Source: Octopus sinensis | Lineage: Eukaryota | Length of the DNA stretch: 64,000 nt | Assembly (NCBI RefSeq): GCF_006345805.1 | Contig: NC_043001.1 | Span: 2,480,001-2,544,000, forward strand | Reading direction: 5' to 3' | Shown here: positions 26,612-38,803 of the stretch, in pieces | Layout: each line of letters begins with the position of its first letter | How positions within the stretch are numbered: position 1 is the first letter of the stretch | Notes under the pieces: model-generated | The model's database searches: none | Seen by the model: the letters and a program-made list of their open reading frames with translations, nothing else | Told to the model about the DNA's origin: nothing | Made by a program: the position numbers and the translations under genes

Positions 26612-27799
26612 CTGCACAAATAAATGGTGAAACATTAGCAACATGGAACCACTATTAACATTTGCCTTGCTTCACTAGAGTCACATCAATGGTTGTGTAA
26701 AATATTGGAGGCCTTCCTTCCGTGCCTAGTATAAACCCCCGAGTGTTTTAATATATTTCTGTTCAGTCAACATTTTACAGATTACATAAAAATGTTCCTA
26801 AAAATTTCTGAAGTACTTTGAGACACAAAAATATAAAAATAAATAAGTAAATAAAAATACACACAAAAAAGGGGGAAACATGAAAATTTCTTTCAATATT
26901 TTATTTCATTCACCTGAGGTTCCTCTTGCCATTTCATCAAAGTAAAAAAAAAACAATAAAAAGCCTGAACCAGGATTACATTTACTGATTTAATTCTCCA
27001 TTTTTTATTTAGCTTTATATTCATTTGGCCAAGTCCCTCGCTTATCAAATATTGCGACTGCAAATATCAGAAGATTCAATAGGTTTACTATCAAGGTAAA
27101 GTAAACACATACACTAACATCTAAGTGGAGGTGTGGTGGGGTTCAACATATACATATATGTTTATGTGTGTGTATCTGTTTGTATGTGTGGGTGGGCAGA
27201 CGTTTTATATGTGCATGTGTGAGTATGTGTAGGTGTATGTTATTTATGATTCATGACAAACAGCCAAATGTTTCCCCCTCAACCGAGCTTTTCAAACATT
27301 TGATAAATTCATCTGGGAGAAAAGTTTGGCAGCTTACCAAAAATGTTTGTCGTCAATAAATGGTATAAATTCTTACCATCTAACATCATCTTTAATCCTT
27401 TATTCAAGAGAAGTCTCATGTTTTGTTGTTCATATTAACTCTTCAACTATATATATTTGTATAATAGACGTATTGAATAAGCCATTAAGGATGAACCCTG
27501 GGGAGCATATTCATACACACACACACATTTTCTCTTCTATTTTTTTATTATTTGAAATCTTCCCATAAGGAAAGAGTCGGTTTCTAGCAAAGATACAAAG
27601 CTTCATTGTTGGAATGTAGTTAACAAAAACAAATCCATATTTTGAATTTGAGTGAAGTCTTGGATGAAGACGAAAGTCAGTGCCTCATCCTTAATGGAAG
27701 TTGACTCCAACTCAATAGCAAATTTTCCTCCAGGTTGTTTGAGGTGACATTGAGCATGCTAACTCTGTGACAAAGCACAGTCCTGTGTCTCCATGAACA

Positions 27800-28110
27800 T
27801 ATGTCATACAAGCCTACCCCCCACCACAACTTGAACATTTCCACAAGGTTATACAAAAAAAATGTGCATTGACAGATTCATGTATTTGACAAAAACTGTG
27901 GTCCATGAGTTTTAGCCATTTTTGTTTGATTGTTTGACCAACAAGTAAAGATCCACACAGTTTCATGCATGACTGGCGCAAGAGATGTTGAAGGCCTTGC
28001 ACAGAAGTCAAGTATATATGCTGCCTAGTGATTATTGTTGAGCATACAGGGCCCTAGAGAACAGGTTCTGCTTTAGCATGAAACAGGTATAATTTTAGGT
28101 CACACGACAG
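27800..28110 (-). mobile_element. Possible Merlin (IS1595-like) transposase remnant
   Basis: Degenerate order ..AAY...GLQHL..HA.NCVD...GQTIKQKW resembles Merlin (W.AY, H.TVNHS.NFVDP..HTQTIE..W). Confidence 0.45.
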
Positions 28111-28183
28111 TTATGGTGCTTTCCAAATTTTCCATAGCATCGCACAGCATCGCACCCATGCTAGCATGGAACAAGGACGTTAA

Positions 28184-28222
<39 letters not shown>

Positions 28223-28225
28223 TCA

Positions 28226-28975
28226 GATGCTGACCGTGTTATCAATTTATGCATGTTAACATTTGTGTTGGTAGAGCAAATACAAGTGTTCAGGAAGCAG
28301 AAATTGGTCACTGATTCAATGTGCCATGATGAAAGTGTAAGGATACACACACCAGCATTTTCATCAGTGCTCATGGTCTTTGTCTGCAAGGGCTTAATTG
28401 AGAGACTAACTTCAACGGCAGCTGACTCTAGGTTTGTGACATTAATTTTAGTATTTGTGATTATATGCAAGATAAAGGCAACGTCATCTGTGAAGTCAAG
28501 GGCAGTGAGGTATGATGGGGACAGAGAGTGATGCCCAGTACAGATGCCATAGCATGCCTTCATACATAGTCCAAGACTACAATGAAAAATAAAGGAGTTA
28601 AGGTGTCTACTTGGAGAAATTCTGTGTTGAGTGTGTTCGTATTGGTGTCTCCACCAGGGGTTCCTAAGGAAATTCTGCAGTCTGCATAGACAGAGCAGAT
28701 AGCATTTACAACTTCATTTGGTATGTCCTAATCAGAGAGAATCTGGAACCTTCATTCATAGTGGACAGAGTCAAAGGTTTTGGTGAACTCTACAGAGACA
28801 GGCACAGAAAGACATATCTTTCTTTGCCAAGATGGCTTTGATGAGTTGATGAAGAGTTAAAATAGGTTCAAGAGTGGAACAGCCTTTGTGAAATAAACAA
28901 ATCAGAAGAATGAGTCTGCTAGAATATAAGTAATGCTGTAACAGCTTCAGCTCAGCCATACACTGCACAGCAAAA
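28226..28975 (-). mobile_element. Decayed RTE-type LINE reverse-transcriptase region
   Basis: Motifs KGCSTLEPILTL, EFTKTFDSVH, LQVDTLTPLFFIVVLDYV, LTALDFTDDV (FADD), with stops and frameshifts. Confidence 0.85.
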
Positions 28976-29165
28976 GGTGTACATTGAAGAACAGATCAAC
29001 AGTATAATGGAAGCAGATGGCAGCAGAGAAAGCACCAGAGTATGGAAAGCCATAAGCAACATGTCTGATTGCAAGTCTAAGCAAGCATCAAAACTAAAAG
29101 CAAGTTATTTGAAAGATCAACTGGTTGGGAATCCCATTTTGAAAAACTGCTCAACAACAACATAT
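28976..29165 (+). mobile_element. Inverted 5' segment of the same RTE LINE (endonuclease-RT linker)
   Basis: YIEEQINSI...VWKAISNMSDCKSKQASKLKAS...WESHFEKLLN is the region upstream of RT in RTE ORFs, here on the opposite strand. Confidence 0.7.
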
Positions 29166-30765
29166 CTCTCATGAACATCATCATCCTCATCGATTAACGT
29201 CCACTTTCCATGCTAGCATGAGTTGGATGGTTTGGCTGAGGGCTGGCGAACCACATGGCTGCACCAGGCTCCAGTCTTGATCTGGCAGAGTTTCTACAGC
29301 TGGATGCCCTTCCTAACGCCAACCACTCCGAGAGTGTAGCGGGTACTTTTACATGCCACCGGCATGGGGACCAGTCAGGTGGTACTGGCAACGGCCGTGC
29401 TCGAATCTTTTTACACATGAATAATTGTTGTTAAAGTGCTCCAGACTGGCAAATTGTGTGGTGTGTTGATGGTTTTCCTCCAAAGCTTCTTCAGAATCCT
29501 GAGTTTGTTCCTTAACATCTTCCTATTCTAAATTCTACTTATATCACCTCAACCTCCACCAAAATTTCAAGATAAACTGTATCATTCCCATTTTGGAAAA
29601 GGTAGGTCTACTAGAAACTGGCTTGTGTTGTGGCATTGGCCTGATGCCATGCTCAGCCAAGCACTTCAGCCTCATCGGGCTCAATAACATCTGAGGCCCT
29701 GGAAAAACACAACTCAGACCAAACTAAAATGGTTTTAACAAAGGCTGCATCGCCCTTGAATTTATTCTAACACTTCTCTGATTCATTGAAACCAGTTCTG
29801 TTGGCAGATTGTATTTGTAGTTGGTATATATATTTGTAATGGTGCCTTTTGTAAGTATTTTGACATTTGCACTTCCAGAAAATCTTGTGATATAAGCACC
29901 GATCTTCTGATTATTTCTCCTGCAAGCAAATCATCTTCTGAATTTTTGTAACTTTGAATCTGTGTAACTTTAAAGATTGCTGAAAGGAAAAAAAAAAGTA
30001 CAGGTTAGCAACAGGAACGGCATCAGGTTGCAAAATAGGGCCTAAAAACTATTTACTCTATATCTAATTCATTCTAGTATGGAAAAATGGACTTAAAAAT
30101 ACACACACACACATACACACACACACATGCAACACTAAATTCTAGGACACATACATCTAAACTTCAGATGGCAATTTCTTCAAATCTTTCCTTGTTGTAT
30201 TACTCTAATGTGATATACCTTAACAAGGTATTGAAAATTATAATCTCTCCAACTGATATTGACTAAAATAAAATAATAGCAATAATAATAATAATAATGA
30301 TGATGAAAATAATAATAATAATAACAATGAATATGAAATATCAGAAAAGAATTATGTTTATTCTGTTCATTTATTTTGTTCGTTTAAGTAAAGATATAAG
30401 TTGAAGGAACCATCTTTGATAGAGAAAGTTTCAGGCATTTTGTTTCATGATTTTTCTAAGGTTTCATCTTAGTGATTTTCTTTTATTTTTATTCATTATT
30501 TTTTGTGAATGTTGTTAGCTTTTTTATTTTATTTTTGTGTTCTTTTTTCTTTTAAATGTCTCAAGTCATTTGCCTACTTTTATAGACATCGATTGAGAGT
30601 CTCCCCCCCATTTGACATCAGAGGAGGGGGGACGGGAGGGGAACGGGTATAAATGGATGGCCACAGCATGGAATTTTCTCAAAACTCTTTCCCTTGAATT
30701 TGAGTTAAGTTTAACCTTTTGGAAAAACTTTGAAGGAGTTAAGAGCTATTGGCAGAAAGCAAGAG

Positions 30766-30802
<37 letters not shown>

Positions 30803-31889
30803 AAGGGAGAGATAGAGATACTCACACATACACATACATATATACACGTGTCTCTCAATTACGAGTTATTAACTGGAGTATATATATTGTTTCATGTTTA
30901 TACATCAATTCTCTCTCTTTACATACATAAATAAAGACATAGAAATATACATACATAACTACAGACATACAAATATACATACATACATATATACAAATAT
31001 ACATACATAAATACAGACATACAAATATACATACATACATGTATGTATTGTTCTTAACAGTTGAAATCTAAATACATAAAGCTATCAATAATAGGTTAGT
31101 GTTAGTGGAGCTTGAATTTTAGGATATATAGTATTAAAAGCCATACCGAATAATCTAGCTGAAACTTGAATGACAGCAGAGTAACAAACAAGTTAAGTGG
31201 AGCATTGAAGAGAGATCTAGTCCAGACACTAGATGGTCAACAAATATGCAGGGTTTCTATAGCTGAAAAAAAAAAAAAAAAAAACAAGGAAAATCATCCT
31301 CATTAGATCAAAGAATTGAATCAGCCTTCACAACTTGAGATGAGAAAAACTAAGTTGTATGCATCTAGAAAAGTTTCTGTTATTGAACTGGAAAGCACTG
31401 CTGTCACCAGATAAGATATGCAGTTTAAAGCATTTTAGCCCCTCCCACTTTGACTACTCCCACAAGATACAGCTTTGTTAGATGACAACATTTAGTTAAA
31501 CTGCATTAAGCACTCAACATTAACAATAATCTTATAAGCCAGATTCCATGAGCAGAATAATTATTCTTTCCCTTAGATTATTCTTTAACTTTTTTTTTTA
31601 AATATTTTTTTATGTTTTCTCCTTTATTTCTTATATTTCCTCATGGACAAACCAAGTTATTTGACCCTAAATGATTGCCAGGTGAGCATGATATTCTATG
31701 CGACTCCAAAGGATTATAGGACTTTCCAGACATTCGAAGCAAAGAACTTGAAGTAACCCACATCTAACTTGTTTATTCACTAAATGATATTTTTTGAATT
31801 GAATGTTTTTTTTGCTGATAGTATCAACAATCAAGTAAATGACACTATAAATATGTGTATGTGTGCGTGTGTGTGTACATACACATATA

Positions 31890-32073
31890 TGATAGATCGT
31901 CAGCCACTACACACATTTTTTTCTCTCCTTGTTTTTTCTGTGTCCCTTTCTGTAGAAGAGCGTAGGCTCGAAACGTAAAAGACTTTTTCTATTCCTGAGC
32001 ATTATACTAATACATCTGTTTGTTTTGTACACCACCTGTCTTCACCTTTTGTTTTTTCGTAAACTCTCCCTAT
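31890..32073 (+). mobile_element. Second copy of the ~185-bp repeat; hammerhead-like motif at 31946-31981
   Basis: CTTT CTGTAGA A GAGC gtag GCTC GAAAC GTA AAAG; aligns with 33424-33608. Confidence 0.55.
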
Positions 32074-32074
32074 A

Positions 32075-32430
32075 TCATCATCATCATCATCATCATCATC
32101 GTTTAACGTCCGCTTTCCATGCTAGCATGGGTTGGACGGTTCAACTGGGGTCTGGCAAGCCCGAAGGCTGCACCAGGCCAGTCAGATCTGGCAGTGTTTC
32201 TACAGCTGGATGCCCTTCCTAACGCCAACCACTCCGAGAGTGTAGTGGGTGATTTTATGTGCCACCAACACAGGTACCAGACGAGGCTGGCAGATGGCCA
32301 CGCTCGGATGGTGTTTTTTATGTGCCACCGACACAGGTGCCAGACGAGGCTGGCAGACGGCCACGCTCGGATGGTGTTTTTTTTTTATGTGCCACTGACA
32401 CAGGTGCCAGACAAGGCTGGCAGACGGCCA
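32075..32430 (-). mobile_element. Family A (GAT)n-tailed SINE-like element
   Basis: Reverse complement of the tail ...GGTTGGCGTTAGGAAGGGCATCCAGCTGTAGAAAC...GGAAAGCGGACGTTAAACGATGATG. Other minus copies at about 19868-20162, 29180-29420, 36900-37200, 45785-46210, 52037-52340, 53150-53420, 55445-55660, 60955-61060. Confidence 0.9.
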
Positions 32431-32483
32431 TAATAATAATAATAATAGTAGTAACAATAATAATAATAATTGGCAAGTTTATA

Positions 32484-32860
32484 CCAGTGCCGGTGGCACA
32501 TAAGAGAACCATCCGAACGTGGCCGTTGCCAGCACAGCTCCGACTGGCTTCCATGTCAGTGGCACGTAAAAAGCACCATCTGATCGTGGCCGTTGCCAGC
32601 CTTGCCTGGCCTCCATGCCGGTCGCATGTAAAAAGCACCATCTGATCGTGGTTGTTTGCCAGCCTCACCTGGCACCTGTGCTGGTGGCATGTAAAAAGCA
32701 CCCACTACACTCATGGAGTGGTTGGCGTTAGGAAGGGCATCCAGCCGTAGAAACATTGCCAGATCAGACTGGGCCTGGTGCAGCCTTCTGGCTTCCCAGA
32801 CCCCAGTTGCACCGTCCAATCCATGCCAGCATGGAAAGCGGATGTTAAATGATGATGATG
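32484..32860 (+). mobile_element. Family A SINE-like element
   Basis: Same tail. Other plus copies at about 20580-20760, 33915-34080, 38965-39170, 40990-41315, 41690-41905, 62955-63155. Confidence 0.9.
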
Positions 32861-32861
32861 T

Positions 32862-33334
32862 GTGTTTGTGAATTTGTTACTTTAACTCCTTTGAAACTAT
32901 CCAACAGACCTTGATGAAACTTGACACGTGTGTTGAGGCTTATGTCCATGTGGTCACTTACTCGGAATTTTCAAAAAAAAAAAATTTTTCAAAAATTGTC
33001 AAATTTCAACATTTTTCGCACTAGCCATCGTGACACCTGTTCAATGTAAACTGTTCCATGGGTATAAATAGACAGCTTATGAACTGTAATCTATTTAGCA
33101 TTTGCTAATTCTTCATTTCAATGTCAATTGTTTTGATTTGCTAAAACTTATTATTTCAACTTGTTTTAATTCCTCAGCGTTTCAGGTTTTGATTAGGTAA
33201 GACCATTTTATTTCCCAAGAAAAATTTAGGCAACTTGCACACTAGCCTTCATGACATCAATTTGACGAAAAAGGTTTCATGGCTATAAACAGACATCTTA
33301 TTAACAGTAATTTATTACTGAGTACCTCAGCTAG
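32862..33334 (+). mobile_element. Possible non-autonomous Helitron-like element
   Basis: Ends CTGAG-TAC-CTCAG hairpin followed by CTAG|T; internal TTGATGAAACTTGACAC motif. Confidence 0.35.
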
Positions 33335-33364
33335 TATATATATGTATGTATATACACACACACC

Positions 33365-33404
<40 letters not shown>

Positions 33405-33423
33405 CATACAAATATACATACAT

Positions 33424-33608
33424 GATAGATCGTTAGCCACTACACACATTTTTTTCTCACCTTGTTTCTTTCTGTGTATCTTTCTGTCGAAGAGCATAGG
33501 CTCGAAACGTAAAAGACTTTTTCTATTTCTGAGTGTTATACAAATACATCTGTTTGTTTTCTACACCACCTGTCTTCGCCTTTTGTTTTTTTTGTGAACT
33601 CTCCCTAT
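33424..33608 (+). mobile_element. ~185-bp dispersed repeat, probably Penelope-related, carrying a variant hammerhead-like motif at 33479-33516
   Basis: Close homologue at 31890-32073; TCTTT CTGTCGA A GAGC atag GCTC GAAAC GTA AAAGA. Confidence 0.55.
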
Positions 33609-33623
33609 TTATATATATATTTA

Positions 33624-33707
<84 letters not shown>

Positions 33708-34139
33708 TTATATATGTATATATGTATATATGTATATATATATATATATATATAAATATATATACATATGGTTTACTGTTCCCCAACACACCAATTATTA
33801 TAGGCAAGATCTTTACTGTTCGCATTCTTCAAATTCTTCCTATTTCAAATTTTAAGATATTCTACTTTCTTTGTTTATCTTCCTCATTTCATTATGATCC
33901 TGGAATCAAATGGACATGATGCCTGGTTGGCATTAGGAAGGACATCCAGCCATAAAAAGAAAACCATACCCAAACAGACAATTGGAGATTTATGCAGCTC
34001 TCCAGCCTTGCCAGCTCCTGTCAAACCATCCAACCCATGCCAGCATGGAAGACGCATGATAAACGATGATGATGATGATTTGCCTTATTTTTACGACGTG
34101 CTTTTCCCTGTGCTCTGGTTTGTTTTAGTGTTGTTCTTC

Positions 34140-34535
34140 TCATTGTATTGAAAGTGCTCCATGTTGGCTGCGTGCTGAGCCTAACAGTGCTATTTCCTGT
34201 AGAATGGTTTCTTTCTCAGGATGATGCTTATAACCTGGTCAGCCCTTTGCATCAATAGCAGGCCAAAACCAGTAACCCTAGACATCAAGCAACCTCCTTT
34301 TAGCCCTTTCTGTTCCTTTTAATCAATCCGATCATCAAATGCTCTTTCTAATATTCTAACTGCTCCAAATATGCAAACTCTTTGCAATAGTTCCATCACA
34401 CAATCTACTTTGATCTTTTCTGTTAATCTTGAAATCTTCCCCTTTGCTCTCTCCGATGCACTCCCTACAGTTACTGGTACGAGAGTTACCTTCTTCACTC
34501 TCCACATCCCAAAGCTTTTATACTTTCATTGATTT
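34140..34535 (-). mobile_element. Second R4/Dong-type 3' fragment abutting a (TAA)n tract
   Basis: MWRVKKVTLVPVTVG...MELLQRVCIFGAVRILERAFD; (TTA)n from 34540. Confidence 0.7.
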
Positions 34536-34539
34536 GTTA

Positions 34540-34603
<64 letters not shown>

Positions 34604-34662
34604 CAATAATAATATTATTATTATTATTATATTATTATTATTATATTATTATTATTATTATC

Positions 34663-34701
<39 letters not shown>

Positions 34702-34850
34702 ATTATTATTATTATTATATTATTATTATTAATAATAATAATAATTTTATTATTATTATCATTATAATTATTATTATTAGTATCATCATCCTCCTCACCA
34801 TCATCATCATTATCATCATCATCATTATCATCATCACCACTACCACCATC

Positions 34851-34923
<73 letters not shown>

Positions 34924-34995
34924 CCTTCATCATCATCATCGTTGTTGTCGTCATTATCTTTTTCATCATCATCATCATTATTATTATTATCATTA
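34540..34995. repeat. (TTA)n/(CAT)n compound microsatellite
   Basis: Direct reading. Confidence 0.95.
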
Positions 34996-36029
34996 TTATT
35001 TTGTCATCTTTATTTTCATTTGCAAATAAATTATTCTTTCATAATCTCTGCTGTCAGAGGTGAATTTGTAACAATCGATCCAGCAGATCAACTTCTGAGA
35101 ACCTGGTGGCTTTTAACTCGTTGTCAAGAGCAAAAATCATTCCAATAAAAATTCAACTCCTGTGGAGATCATACGGTCTAACAAGATTTTATCAAATGTA
35201 ATTATTAAAGTTATTGGCTGATTTGACGATTGATTGTGATCCTTAATGTCTTTTGTATCTTGCTAGACCCTAACATTAATGCATTAAAAATTCAAATTGT
35301 AATTAAAGGCCTTAAATTCAGAGAAGGGTTATCGTTGATTATGTCAACCTTAGCACTTGGCTGGTGCTTTATTTTATGAAACTGGGAATGTTGAAAAGAA
35401 AAGTTGACCTTGGTGGGACTTGAACTAGTAATAATGTTGCTTACCTCTGTAGATGTGTGATTTACATGAAATATATAATTATATTAGTGACACTCCATCG
35501 GTTACAAAGATAACTGTTCCAGTTGACCCAATGAATGGAGCAGCCTGCTCAGGGTATTAATGTGCAAGTGGTTGGGCTATCCACAAGCATGCAAACCCTT
35601 AATGTAGATCACAGAGGGGTTCAACACGAGACACAAGATGTATAGAGGATGGTCCTTTCAAATACAGGTACTACTCATTTTTGCCAGCTAAAATAAAGTG
35701 TCTTGCTCAAGGACACAGTGCACCAACAGGAATTGAACTCACCACCTAATTACCATGAGATGAGTACCCTAATCACTAAGCCACACACCTTCACGTTTTC
35801 TTTGTTCTTTTATTTGTTTCAGTCATTTGACTGTGGCCATGCTGGAGCACCGCCTTTAGTCAAACAAATTGACCCCAGGACCTTATTCTTTGTATGCTAT
35901 GTATTTATTCTATCAGTTTCTTTGGCCAAACTGCTAAGTTATAGGGACATAAAAACACCATCATCAGTTGTCAAGTGAGGGTAGGGGACAAACACAGACA
36001 CACAAATAAATACATACATACATGCATAC

Positions 36030-36076
<47 letters not shown>

Positions 36077-36093
36077 AGTATGTATATATATAC

Positions 36094-36156
<63 letters not shown>

Positions 36157-37723
36157 GCTTCTTTCAGTTTCTGTCTGCCAAATCTGCTCACAAGGCTTTG
36201 GTCTGCCTAAGGCTATAAACGATTACACTTGACCAAGGTGCTATGCAGTGGGACTGAACTTGGAACCATGTGGTTGGGAAGCAAGCTTTTTACCACACAG
36301 TCACTCCTGCAACTATAAGTAATTAATGAAGTAATTATTAGTAATTGATAAATGTTTTCATTAATTACATATAAGTAATTAATAAAGCATTAAGCCTCTC
36401 TTTGCCTTCTAAATAGTCTTCTTGACTTTTTCTTTTTTGTTTTCTTATTTCACAATGCTTCAACTAAACTACCACATAGTTGGAGAAGAACTTTTCTGGA
36501 AGGCATTTCTTCAATGTTTCCACAAAGTCATTCACCTTTTAGTTGAATTGACGTCATCTAGCAGGTTCTTCTTCTACTGTCGACAGTAAAATATCATTAA
36601 TATAACCGCCTCTAAGTCTATCCTATGTTTCATAGTAAATTTATTTAATTTATGAATAGATTAACAACTAAAATCTTTAGGTGTTTATCAGAGTTATTTG
36701 TTTTTAATGTAAAATAAACACTGCTGCTGTGTCAGTAATTTACACAACAAAACTAACAACCAGCAAAATGTTAAATGTAGAAAGCAACTGATTTGATTTT
36801 GCTATAAGTGCATCAAAAGTATACAAACGAAGGGTCACAACGATAGTAAAATGGGGATGGGGGGTGAGGGGTAAATAATGAAAGAATAAGAATACGTAAA
36901 TCATCATTATCATTGTCATTGTTTAACGTCTGTTTTCCATGCTGGCATGGGTTGGACGGTTTGACTGAGGACTGGAGAGCCAGGAGGCTGCACCAGGTTC
37001 CAGTCTGATTTAGCAAGGTTTCTACAGCTGGATGTCCTTACTAACGCCAACCACACTGAGAGTGTAGTGGGTGCTTTTTACATGCCACTAGCATAGAAGC
37101 CAGTCAAGCAGAACTGATATTGGCCAATGCCCAAATGGTGCTTTTTTTATGTGCCACCAGCATGGGTGCCAGTCAGGCGGCGCTGGTATTGGTCATGCTC
37201 AAGTGTATAAAAGTAAATGGCAGTGCAAATGGGTTCTTGTTCTACAGTCTCCAGTTACATGACTGACATTTGTGCCTATCGTTTTATCTTTTTACATGTT
37301 TTGGTTATTAGGCTGTGGCCATGCTGGGGCATCACCTGAAGAATTTAAGGCTAATGAATCAACCCATTTTTTTTAAAGCCTGGTAATTATTCTACTGGTC
37401 TCTTTTGTCAAACAGCTAAGTTATGGGGACCTAGGTATACCAACACCAGTTGACTCTCAGTAAAGGACAGGATGAGCTTACCTGTCTGCATGATGAGTGA
37501 AGTGTTTTGCTGAAGAACACAACACTTCACTGCTCTGGGAATTAAAGCCCGAATATCTTGATCATAAATGCAACACCTTAACTGCCAGGTCACACACCAC
37601 TTTTCTCTCTCTCTCTCTCACTCACACACACACACACATCTTCAAAAAAGACAAAACTTTACTTGTGATTGCACATATCAACAGATTGACAAGGAAATTA
37701 TGAAGAACTTGATTATGTTATTT

Positions 37724-37910
37724 CGTTTTTGAATTTGGTTTGCAAGATTCTTTATATGAGTTCGTGTGTTGAAGCATATTCTGTTGTGTCTGGGGAGAGT
37801 CATTTTCTTTTTGTGCCTTATAATGTAACATACTCATCGGTAAAATATCCACTTTTTTCATATTTATATTTTCCTAAAATTTTCGTTGCACCTTGCAACC
37901 TTTTCAATAG
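37724..37910. mobile_element. 187-bp insertion flanked by a 17-bp target-site duplication
   Basis: ACTTGATTATGTTATTT at 37707-37723 and 37911-37927; related sequence at 22556-22700. Confidence 0.75.
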
Positions 37911-38767
37911 ACTTGATTATGTTATTTGAAAGAATTGATTGGTACACACAGAGCATGGCCTCTGTCCGGGTACACTCTGTCTCATGCAACTTCCAATGTG
38001 CTAAAAGTATTGGATATTGAAATGATAAATTAATTGTCTTTCTGTGGAATTTGAGAAATATTTTAGCAATGCTGGGATTGAGTTAATCTGAGCATAGTTG
38101 AAGAATTAGAAGAATAGTTTGAAGTTTTTTAAAAGACAGAATTACTTCTACTAGTGACATATTTTCGAAAAGTCAACAGTTTTGAGTGGAACCCCTCAAG
38201 AAATTAATCTGAGATCAGTTTATGATTCTAGTATGTCATATAGGTATATCCTACGGGATTAGACCAACCATTCTCAAAAGATATGGCTGAAGGCACCAAA
38301 GTATCAAAGAAAGTTATGAATCCTATTGATAAAAAATCTTGCAGTGTGAAAAATCAATGCCATAATTCAGTCAGGCTGAGAAAAATGGTATCCATTTCAA
38401 TGCTGGAAAAATATTTCATTTATTGTGATCTCAGATTCCTAAAACATTGGAAGCTGAATACCCCTGGGAAAGGAAAGATTGCATGCAAAAGTGAGAATCT
38501 GTACAATATCACGGAAAATAATGATTTGTTACACACATAATTCCATGTGTGTAGTGGTAAGATAATGACTTGGTGCAGGTGACTGGTACGGTGGGTTCTA
38601 AGGGCATTTGCACGGAGAGAATAAACAGTGATGGTTTGAACCAGAGGTAAGATACTTTCTCCATACTTTTCTGCATTATTGCTGCCAGCTGCGGTTGTTA
38701 CCATTTTCTGTTGAGTTGATTGTTAAACTGAAAACAAAGCAAAATCCTCCATAATTTATGTTTCAAT

Positions 38768-38803
<36 letters not shown>

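Noticed and set aside
29790-29979. Minus-strand exon after a strong acceptor at 29979 (IFKVTQIQSYKNSEDDLLAGEIIRR...)
   Set aside because: The frame is open, but there is no convincing donor before the stop, so it is not listed as an exon.
37825-37850. Hammerhead core CCGATGAGT on the minus strand of the TSD-flanked insertion
   Set aside because: The core is mutated and there is no properly placed stem II or GAAA.
38283-38704. Overlapping 85-aa and 94-aa ORFs in unique sequence
   Set aside because: No consistent splice sites with an open frame on either strand and no recognisable motif.
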